A DNA stretch of 63,690 nt, filler included, from Guillardia theta CCMP2712 (Eukaryota; Protista; Cryptophyta): the NCBI RefSeq assembly GCF_000315625.1. It is 4 parts of 4 records of this genome, joined end to end, with 100 filler letters (N's around TTAATTAATTAA, not from the genome) between each part and the next. Parts side by side here need not be neighbours in the genome. Positions count along the whole stretch, not along the records: positions 25,485 to 56,180 come from NW_005434507.1; positions 56,281 to 59,100 come from NW_005434527.1; positions 59,201 to 63,690 come from NW_005434164.1; 1 more part is not named here. The stretch is one strand, 5' to 3'. How positions within the stretch are numbered: position 1 is the first letter of the stretch; every line of letters starts with the position of its first letter. Under the pieces are notes generated by a model, which worked only from the letters and a program-made list of their open reading frames with translations, was not told the origin of the DNA and did no database searches. A program made the translations under genes and the position numbers. Of this stretch, positions 55,212-63,690 are shown piece by piece.

Positions 55212-56127
55212 TGGCTGAGAGGGCAGAGGAGGCAGAGGAGGGGCGAAAGGGGAGGGAGAGGTAGTCATAGGGCAGGGAGGAGAGGGGACGGTTCGTGGGA
55301 CAAAAATAAAGACAAACGACTAGCAAAGGAGGTATTGCAGTATGCTGCTGGTGCGAGTTGGGGGGGGGAGTGAGGGAGAAGAGGGAGAAAGGGACGGAGG
55401 GATGATGCCGCTGCATGATAAGGGTCAGGGGTGCATCTGACGGAGGACCTGGTGGACGAGCATGCGAGGCATCACGATCACGACGCGACACGTAGAGACA
55501 GTACAAGGAGGGCTTGTCAGAAGTAGATCATCTTGTCCAGTGCAACAAGGAGAAGGTGAGGTGTGTGAAGACTGGGACGGGAAAAGGAGATGACAAGTGG
55601 GGTATGGAGCGAGCATGGCATGTGCGAGAGTCAGCGAGGATCAGGTTGTCAAAAGGTCTTCAGGCCTTGGCCATGTCTTCTCTTGCAGTAACCGGATGGA
55701 TCGCACAAGTCGACTGCTATGAGTGTCTTACAAACATTGCTTGTTGTTGAAGGCGTGGGTGAAGCTCCACTGAAGCATTGTCAAGCCATACCTTGCACCT
55801 CCAGCCCGGACCCTACCTCAAGCCATCCTCCCGCTACTTGTCTAGGCCAGGTGTGGCTCCGGGTAGGCTCTCTGTTTCATCACGGTGATCCAGTCTCCAG
55901 GCTTGTTTCCTTCAAGCCATCGCTGACGATCGGGCTGATGTTGGAGGAAGCTAAAGCAGATCTGTTAATGCCCCTCATGTTGTTGCCTGTGTCAAGGATG
56001 ATTCAAGACGGCTGCGCTGCTTGATGCAATCGGTTTGCACAGAGGAAGCGTCGGATCCGATGACGGCTTGGAAGCATGTACTGCAGATGGGAAAGCTTGC
56101 GGACAAGGAGCGATCCGTTGGGGCTTT
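54732..56127. repeat. Inverted duplication of the B gene and its 3' flank (approx. 42083-43480 and equivalents)
   Basis: Reverse-complement identity, e.g. GGAGCGATCCGTTGGGGCTTT (56107-56127) versus AAAGCCCCAACGGATCGCTCC (~42082). Confidence 0.85.
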
Positions 56128-56180
56128 ATGATGTTGGACCTGATGCATAGACGCACGGATATCTCGAAAACGTGATCGTC

Positions 56181-56280
56181 NNNNNNNNNNNNNNNNNNNN
56201 NNNNNNNNNNNNNNNNNNNNNNNNTTAATTAATTAANNNNNNNNNNNNNNNNNNNNNNNNNNNNNNNNNNNNNNNNNNNN
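56181..56280. other. Artificial contig-joining linker
   Basis: N44-TTAATTAATTAA-N44. Confidence 0.9.
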
Positions 56281-56335
56281 CCTCCTCCTCCTTCGGCATA
56301 CTCAAGTCTTCTCCTTCTCTTCTCTTCCTCGTCCC

Positions 56336-59077
56336 TCAAGTTCTCAGTCGATGTACCGCTACTCTCACCATGTTCATCGCCAGCATCGCCCCCCCGAGCG
56401 GGGCTGCGAGCCAGAGGAGGATAGGAAAACGCCTCACAGTCAATTCGAGGACGAGCACAACAAAGGCAGCGCCTCCCACCATCCTCCACATCTTCTCCTG
56501 CATCTCTGCCACTTTCCCCTCCTCCTCTCCCTTGGCTAGCGCGAGCATCGCTTCTCCTGCCATGCTCAGCGTCAGAGCTCCGCCCAGCCAGGCCATCGCC
56601 TCCTCCTCCGCTGCTCTCTTCTTCCTCCGCCAGCTCACTGCGATGATCCCCATCCCCGTCACGACCAGCATCGCCTCACTCGTCCGCAATCGCGTCGCCT
56701 CCTTCACCATCGCCTCCACTAGCTCTCCCCCAGCTCGACAGATCCCGTTCTCCTCCCCGAGCAGCTCAAGCGAGCATCGCAGCATCGCGAGCAGCAGCGC
56801 CATGCTCGGCGTCAGCGCAGCAACCGAGGAGGCGACAGGACGGAGGAGGAAGAGGAGGAAGAGGAGCAGCTGCAGAGGGATGATGGGTCGTAGAGCAGCC
56901 GGCAGGTCGAGGATCCCGAGGAAGCAGGAGGAGGCGGCGAGCATAAGGAGCAGCACAGTCGATGCTGAGCAAGCCACCCACTCGCTGCTCCTGCGGCTGA
57001 GGAAGAGGAGCACGGCAAGGTTGACCCCTGTCTGGAGCCCGACGCCGGACCCCTCCTTCATCCCCGACAGAACCTCGTTGGCCTCACGGAGAGCGACGGC
57101 CATGCTGCTTGCGGCCTGTCGACCGCGAACGAGAGACACGCGGAGGGAGGAGAGGCAGATCAAGTCCTCCTCCCCCCCAAGTAGATCCGCCGAGCACAGG
57201 AGCATCCAATTGACGGTCAGGTAGCTGACGACAACGACGGGGAGAACCGAAGCATGGCGGCTGCCCTGTAGGAGGAGGACAAGGGCGAGAGATCCCGCGG
57301 TAGGAAGCAACAGCAACGCCTGTGCCCTGCTCAGAGGCAGAGGTCCGCACGAGTCTCCTCCCTCGCACACGCAGAGCATGAAGCTCTGTGCGAGCGATGC
57401 CTGCTCCCCGTCCACGCGCTCGAGAAATCCACCTGCTCCTCCTCGTCCACAGAGCAGTGGGAGAGCCTGGAGGAGCGGAGCAACGCTGTGCTGCCCCGAC
57501 AAGAGGACGAGGGCAAGGGCGACCATGACGATGAAGGAGGAGGAGGCGAGCACAGGTGCGATGTTCCTCCGGACGATAGCGAGGGACGAGGAGAGCAAGG
57601 CGAGCATCACGAGCATCAGGCTGGTGCCGAGGAAGAGGAGGAGAGGAGGAGAGCTATCCCCCTCGCTCCTCAGCCGCATGCTCGCCTCCTCCGCCATCCT
57701 CAGCCCCAGCAGCCCGCCGCTCGCCGACATCCAGCTCTCGCTGCCGTGAGGATGAAACCTGGCGAGAAGGGAGGAGGCGGCGAGGAAGCAGATGGTCAGC
57801 TTCCACTGGGGAGTGAGGGCCTTGAAGGATCGTGCAACGTCTTCTCCTCCTCTCCCCACCATCCCTGCCATCCTCCCCACCCACTTCCTTGCTGCTCCTG
57901 CCACCATCCCTCCAGCCAGCTGCCTGTCTGTCAGCAGGGCCTCGACACTTGACCTTGCCCCCTCCACCGCCTCGGGGTCGAGCAACTTGAGCGCAGCGAT
58001 CAGCATCAGGACAAGAGAGGTCGAAGCCAAGGCCGGGGAGAGCCACCCGGACAGAAGGAACGATCGCAGGAGAAGGAGGAGAGGAGGAGAGAGGAGGAGG
58101 AAGGAGAGAGTACGGTCCTGCAGCAAAGGAGGGGGTACCCCTCCTGCCAACAGGCCCATTGCTTTCATCACCATCATCGCCAGCAGCATGAGGGAGAAGG
58201 AGGAGACAAGCGGGTAACTCCTCGTGCTCCTCCCCAGCAGCAGCAGGCAGTAGACGGTCAGGATCATCACCTGAACATGCGACTCCTGCACCTCCTCCAA
58301 TCCCCTTCTCATACCCAGCTGCGTCATCTGAAACACTGCCGTCCTTTCCTCCTCCTTGTTCAGCAGCTCCATGGCTACCCACACCATCACAGATGAGGAT
58401 GATGCAGCAGCCACCAGCCACATGAGCACGTGCAAGTTCGCGATGACAACCACGAGGACGATGGGGAGGAGAGTCAGCGCGCACAAGGCAGAAGGAGGAA
58501 GAGCGACTTGGAGCAGCTCGAAGGCGCGGAGGAGCATGTGAAAGGCGACCGAAGCACCGACGGAGGAAGCGACGACGGAGCCGAAGGAGGAGAGGTCCCT
58601 GCAGAAGCCGAAGAGGAGCAGAGGAAAGTTGAGCGCGAAGTCAGCGAGGAAGATACTCGTCGGTCTGATGGCCTCCTGACCGTAGTGGACGCACGTGGAG
58701 CTCGGGGAGGAGGCGTCGAGGAAGGAGAAGAGAAGGTTGAAGGAGACTAGCCCTCCTAGCATCATCCTCCAGGGATACAACTTGTCCTCCTCCTCTTCCG
58801 CTCCGGAAGCAGCAGCAGTCACATCCTTTCTCGTCTCTTGCTTCTTTACCATTGCCGCCCTCATCGGTTCTTGAGCTGATCCATTACCCACGAGAGTGGA
58901 AGCAGTTTCAACTTCTCCTGGTTCTTTTCCTAGCTCCTCGTGTTCCTCCTCCTCCTCCTCCTCCTCCACCACCACCACTTCCTGCTCGACGAGGTGCGTC
59001 CGCTGGATCCCCACGACAACAATGAGAGGGAGGAGAAGAAGGAGGATGAGGCGGAGGATGAACTTCTTCAACCGCAC
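56336..59077 (-). CDS. Large polytopic membrane protein of unknown function (start uncertain, near contig edge)
   Basis: A 913-codon ORF with roughly 20 or more hydrophobic Leu/Ala/Val segments separated by short charged loops. Confidence 0.7.
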   Translation of the reverse strand: MRLKKFILRLILLLLLPLIVVVGIQRTHLVEQEVVVVEEEEEEEEHEELGKEPGEVETASTLVGNGSAQEPMRAAMVKKQETRKDVTAAASGAEEEEDKLYPWRMMLGGLVSFNLLFSFLDASSPSSTCVHYGQEAIRPTSIFLADFALNFPLLLFGFCRDLSSFGSVVASSVGASVAFHMLLRAFELLQVALPPSALCALTLLPIVLVVVIANLHVLMWLVAAASSSSVMVWVAMELLNKEEERTAVFQMTQLGMRRGLEEVQESHVQVMILTVYCLLLLGRSTRSYPLVSSFSLMLLAMMVMKAMGLLAGGVPPPLLQDRTLSFLLLSPPLLLLLRSFLLSGWLSPALASTSLVLMLIAALKLLDPEAVEGARSSVEALLTDRQLAGGMVAGAARKWVGRMAGMVGRGGEDVARSFKALTPQWKLTICFLAASSLLARFHPHGSESWMSASGGLLGLRMAEEASMRLRSEGDSSPPLLLFLGTSLMLVMLALLSSSLAIVRRNIAPVLASSSFIVMVALALVLLSGQHSVAPLLQALPLLCGRGGAGGFLERVDGEQASLAQSFMLCVCEGGDSCGPLPLSRAQALLLLPTAGSLALVLLLQGSRHASVLPVVVVSYLTVNWMLLCSADLLGGEEDLICLSSLRVSLVRGRQAASSMAVALREANEVLSGMKEGSGVGLQTGVNLAVLLFLSRRSSEWVACSASTVLLLMLAASSCFLGILDLPAALRPIIPLQLLLFLLFLLRPVASSVAALTPSMALLLAMLRCSLELLGEENGICRAGGELVEAMVKEATRLRTSEAMLVVTGMGIIAVSWRRKKRAAEEEAMAWLGGALTLSMAGEAMLALAKGEEEGKVAEMQEKMWRMVGGAAFVVLVLELTVRRFPILLWLAAPLGGAMLAMNMVRVAVHRLRT

Positions 59078-59100
59078 CGGTATGCGTAGCGGGCGGGGCT

Positions 59101-59200
59101 NNNNNNNNNNNNNNNNNNNNNNNNNNNNNNNNNNNNNNNNNNNNTTAATTAATTAANNNNNNNNNNNNNNNNNNNNNNNNNNNNNNNNNNNNNNNNNNNN
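59101..59200. other. Artificial contig-joining linker
   Basis: N44-TTAATTAATTAA-N44. Confidence 0.9.
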
Positions 59201-60793
59201 GAGATTGATGACCCGCATGGGGAGGTGCGAGATCGTCGGAATCATTTTTCAGTCGTTCGTCCTCAGGAGGTGTCTATGACCGTGGGCGCTTGCCGCCTCG
59301 CATGCCTGCATGTCCCAGCATCATTTGCTCGTCCGGCGTCCGCCAGCTCCTTTTTTGCTCGGTGCTGAGGTCTAGCTCAGTTTGGATGAGTCTACTCGTG
59401 CTAGCAGCATACTCCTCGGTGTCGTCCTCCGCGTCGTAATCTTAAGCATCGTCCTTCGATTTGTAAGCGTTTTCATCCTCCTCCAGCTTCTCCATCCTGC
59501 CCTCCAATTTCCTCCTCCTCAACCTCCTCCTCCCCCCTCTTCTCCTGCTCCTCCTGCTCCTCCTCTCCCCTCTTCTCCTTCTCCTTCTGCTTCTCCTGCT
59601 TCTCAACCCCCCCTCCTGCTCCTCCACCTCCTCCCCCTCCACCACCTCTGCCGCCTGTTCCATATCCTCCTCCTACCCTCTTCCTCCTACTCTCTTCCTC
59701 CTTCCTCTCCCTCACATTTATCTTCAGTGAATCCACCACACCAAGAGAAGTCTACGAGCAAGAGATACATTTGTTACGTCAGATCGCAGGTGTGATTGCT
59801 ACAAGTCCTCATTCGCAGCAATCACCGTCCTCACTTGACATCAGACAACCGTCTGCAAAGATTGCGAGAGAGAGATCAACTGTACTCGAACTTCTCCAGC
59901 CCTTCCTCAGCCTACAGGTTCTCAGTCATGACTGAGATCATGCCATGTCTTGCTGTCACAACTCAAACTTCTCACCAGGGGATCGCAGACGCCCCTGCAG
60001 AACTTTGCAGACAGAATGACAGAGCAAAGGAGGGGAAGCATGAAGAACAGCTATCCTGACAGGAGAACATCTCTTGTAGGAAGGCATGAAGGGCTGTTGG
60101 ACTCGGCCTCCTCTAGGAAAGAAGTTTTCACTGGTTGCATAGCAAGAGGGATGACTATTGCGATGACAGTGTCTACTCCGTGCGAGACTCTCACTACTTC
60201 GATGATGAAACTCGAAGCGAATTCTCGTCTGTTATGGCGGTCAGTTTTGTGATGGATTTTGATCGAACCTCCCACTGTATTTGTTTCGTTTCTACTGACG
60301 CTCTCCCGTTCTCCTCTCTGTCTTCTCTTCTCATCCTGCATTCTTCTTTCCATGTTCTTCCATCAATTGCAAGACAACCCTCTCCTCATTCTTACATCTG
60401 TTCTTTCCTCTCTCTCTCTCTCCTCCCTTCTTTTCTGCCTACTTGTATGCTTTCTTTCAATCCTTCCTCGTTCACCTCACCTTTTCAAACAAGAAATTTG
60501 CTAATTTCTCAAATAAGAAAAGTGCTAACTGCTCTTCTTCCCAGCCTTCGAGGACTGCGAGTGTGTACTCTCATGGTCAAAACGAACTTGCCGCCGACAG
60601 AGTTGCTGAATAGTTGTCAACAGATAATGATGAGATCAATCAAGTGCCAACTCGTCGGAGGCGCTTTGAGAAGACAGAGTTTTTCACCTTCGAACAATAC
60701 ATGGTTAGTCGCTTTGATCTCCGTGTGTTCTCCTTGGTTACTACCATACGATGATGATGAATTTCCAATGATGAATGACTGATGATGAATGTC

Positions 60794-60872
<79 letters not shown>

Positions 60873-61760
60873 TCGAAGGGAGAGGAGGAGGAGGCAGAGG
60901 GAAAAACGATTTTCCATCCCTTCACACTCCTCACCTTTTCAGTTCGTATTGAGGGCCAAGAGTTGGATCCCACTGCTCATGTCCAAGGCAGAAGCAAGAC
61001 AAACATTTGACAACATCCTGGTAATAATTGTTGTTGTGCCGTCAACACAATCTCATACCTTTTACAAAGAGAGAAGGCGGCGGCAACAGTACAATCACCT
61101 TCCGAGAATTCAAGAGACATATGAAGAACATCATCGCAGGTCAGGACAGGAGCAGCGATGCTTTCAGACTGCTGACGTTATCACGACAGAAAAGCATCTC
61201 CAGATTGAAGATGACGAGCTTGACGCGTTGAGTAGCATGACGTGAGTTGTGCCACGTGCAAACACGCCTGAGATCAGTTGCTCAATCTCCTCTTGGGCCT
61301 CAATGTCTTGCGAATTTCCTTCCTTGCGATGTTTTTCCACACTCTCCTAACACCTTCTCTTGATTCTCTCCGACTACCTTGACAAGTTTGCTCGAGAATC
61401 AAGTAACGAGCCTCCCCTCCCCTCCCCTTTCCTGTCGTTGACGGCCGTGACAGGAGGAGGACACACACACAGACATCACGGAGTTGAAGGAAGACGATCA
61501 CCATATCAGCGATCACATGTCGTTTCTTCTCTTCCGCACTTTTGTTGCCTCTTGTCACACCACACAGGGAGCATGACCGGCGCTCGGAGAACACAAGGTA
61601 CACACAGGACTCAACAGACCATCACGGTAACAGTTTGCACTCGCATCCTTGTTGTGCCTGACTGATGTGCTGGTACATCTTGACAGATGTCACAATACAC
61701 GATGACATGTCGTCGAGCCCATCTTTCTCCGACGACGATGGGCAGTCTGGACAATCGTGA
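59201..61760 (+). CDS. Multi-exon hypothetical protein with an EF-hand-like region (5' truncated)
   Basis: Exons include ESTTPREVYEQEIHLLRQIA / ...TEFFTFEQYM / FVLRAKSWIPLLMSKAEARQTFDNIL / REGGGNSTITFREFKRHMKNIIA / ...DDDGQSGQS*, with GT-AG borders. Confidence 0.55.
60795..60870. repeat. (GAT)n microsatellite, intronic
   Basis: Seen directly. Confidence 0.9.
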
Positions 61761-62454
61761 GGTATTTTACTCACTTTGAATATTACCAGCCCGCCCCAGG
61801 ACTGAGATATTTATCAAATGAAAGGCAGAAGGAACTTGCTAGGCTGTCAATAGGATCAGACGCAGAGTAAAGGAGAGGCAGGGGAAGAGGCCAAAATATT
61901 CGAGAAATAATGAACGTGACCCTGCTATTGCACCAGTAAAGTTGGCCACTACCCCATGAATTGACTAGGAATGCTGGGGTAGTGGGTCATCCTGGTCATC
62001 AAAGAGAAAAATAAACTTCTAGGATATAATCACGTTACCAAACCGTGACTTTTCAACAGTCACACGGTACTCCATCAGACTCCATGTTGCCCCCATGGTC
62101 TTCTGACTCGATTGTTCGTCCGGTCAAGCCCGCCTCATGGGATTGTACGGTGCAATTGGAGCGTTGCTGACATATATGTCCTCGTAAAAGAGGTCTTTTC
62201 GTCCACTGTTCCGATATGACGACGTGTAGGCTTGTAAATTGTATCTTTTAGAGTTTTAAACGCGCATATCCTAAAACCCAGGAAGGCGCAAGCAGGGAGG
62301 GTGGGTTGCGGGAAGGCAGATAAGACGAGGACAAGAGGGATGGAGGAGGGAGGATCGAACAAGAAGATACTCAAAGTATCAGGAAGAGACTGGGTGTAAG
62401 AAGTGAAGGACACAGGTAGAGATCGGCATCATGCGGCGGGTGGGAGGACGGTGA

Positions 62455-63270
62455 ATGACTAGGAGGGAGCATTTTATCTGGGATGACAGGAGAAGGGGGC
62501 CAATGAGTGAAGGACAGCCTGACAAGCTTCACGAGAAGGAGAGCTCCCGGTCTTTGAGCCTTGGAAGAGATTCCTCCAGGAGCAAGGCAGCGAGCAACGT
62601 CAGCATCTCAAGGGCGATCGATCAGGCAGCAGCAGGACACGTACATAGCGCTAATTCGCTCCCTCCGTTCCAGCCAAGTCCATGGCAGAGCGAGGACCCG
62701 ACGCCTTTGGAGGACGCGATCGAGGCTATATTTCACTTCCCTGAGCGAACCAAGAGGAGACGGAGGAGGGAGGGAGGAGCTGATCAAGACCTCGTAGCTG
62801 CCAAGAGAGAAAGAGTTTCGCCTGCCCCAGCATGGAGCATGAAGCAAGCGGCCTCGCCAAGCGCCATGCAGGTGCATGCAGGAACCTCGTCCGCCTCTGT
62901 CACTGCTCGCTCGGCACCCTCGTTGAGTACTGGAAACTGGACTGAGGAGGAGCATCAGAAGTTCTTGGCTGCGTTGAGGGAGTACTGTCCGGATGCGGAG
63001 AGAGCGGGATCAGGAGCAGGAGCAGGAGCAGGAGCAGGAGATAGGACAGGAGCAGGAGCAGGAGCAGGAGATAGGACAGGAGCAGGAGCAGGAGCAGGAG
63101 ATAGGACAGGAGCAGGAGCCGGGGCAGGAGCAAGAGCAGTGGAGGGGAGGAAGAACGTTGGGCTGGGGAAGGGGGTTGCTTACTTGATCTCAAGGGCTGT
63201 GGGGACGAGAACAGAATCTCAGGTCCGGTCGCACGCACAGAAATATTTTCAGAATCAGCAGAAGAGATGA
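62455..63270 (+). CDS. SHAQKYF-class single-repeat Myb transcription factor
   Basis: [17 protein letters not shown]...[26 protein letters not shown]. Confidence 0.9.
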   Translation: MTRREHFIWDDRRRGPMSEGQPDKLHEKESSRSLSLGRDSSRSKAASNVSISRAIDQAAAGHVHSANSLPPFQPSPWQSEDPTPLEDAIEAIFHFPERTKRRRRREGGADQDLVAAKRERVSPAPAWSMKQAASPSAMQVHAGTSSASVTARSAPSLSTGNWTEEEHQKFLAALREYCPDAERAGSGAGAGAGAGDRTGAGAGAGDRTGAGAGAGDRTGAGAGAGARAVEGRKNVGLGKGVAYLISRAVGTRTESQVRSHAQKYFQNQQKR

Positions 63271-63690
63271 TTGAAGGAAAGGGGAAGATGTTTTGGACAG
63301 ATATCAGAATCAGATGAAGGAAAGAGAAGGTATTTGGGGACAGAGACTAAAGTGAGATTTGAGGGGGGGAGTTTGTAAGATCAGACCAAGAGTTTTCGGA
63401 TAGTGATGATAATCGCTATACCGAGTGAAGACTGCAAGAACATTGTATTTTTGTGTATCGTCACATTGTTGCATGGGAAATAAAAGGGATATGCTGTTAT
63501 TGATTGTAATGCAATGAAATGAAAAACTCCCGGAGCAAAATGACGTTTTCAACCAGTCTTGTCTCCTCCTTCCTCCCTTGCTGTTCCGTCCATTCGACAC
63601 GACCACGTCAGCAGTCAATTGTTCAACGAGCAGAGGCGGGAAATCTTGGCGATCTGAAGGAGATGCGTGAGAGGAGAGGGAGAGGGAGAG

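Noticed and set aside
55430-55560. Possible downstream spliced exons extending the B-type genes
   Set aside because: Candidate frames hit stops, the segment differs between units, and no consistent donor precedes the B stop codon.
60789-61245. PolyD/polyM ORFs
   Set aside because: They are read-through of an intronic (GAT)n repeat within the 59201-61760 gene.

Overview
Eukaryotic, GC-rich and intron-rich DNA. An ASAFAP-type bipartite plastid presequence, many ~50-nt introns and low-complexity purine/pyrimidine introns point to a cryptophyte alga (Guillardia theta-like; inferred). Three 100-nt N44-TTAATTAATTAA-N44 linkers (25385-25484, 56181-56280, 59101-59200) divide the window into four contigs, and adjacency across these linkers is not proven. 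Contig 1 (1-25384) holds ordinary genes: COMMD10, a two-PDZ coiled-coil protein, an octotricopeptide-repeat (OPR) protein, a plastid-targeted single-TM protein resembling cryptophyte photosystem-antenna linkers, and a cullin-2-like gene. Contig 2 (25485-56180) is the unusual part. It is a ~30-kb locus with 12 copies plus one 3' remnant of an intronless gene family. Each copy encodes a Pro/Asp/Ser-rich N-terminus and a stand-alone CENP-B/pogo(psq)-type helix-turn-helix with no DDE domain. Two subtypes lie head-to-head inside a ~4.4-4.6-kb unit repeated about three times in tandem, followed by an inverted partial copy. The copies share upstream motifs, show mosaic patterns suggesting gene conversion, and include several broken alleles. 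They are interspersed with a decayed Ty3/Gypsy gag-protease remnant, a Zn2Cys6 factor and a 28-bp minisatellite. Contigs 3 and 4 hold a polytopic membrane protein, an EF-hand-like gene and a SHAQKYF Myb factor. All family assignments come from motif recognition by eye, not from database searches.
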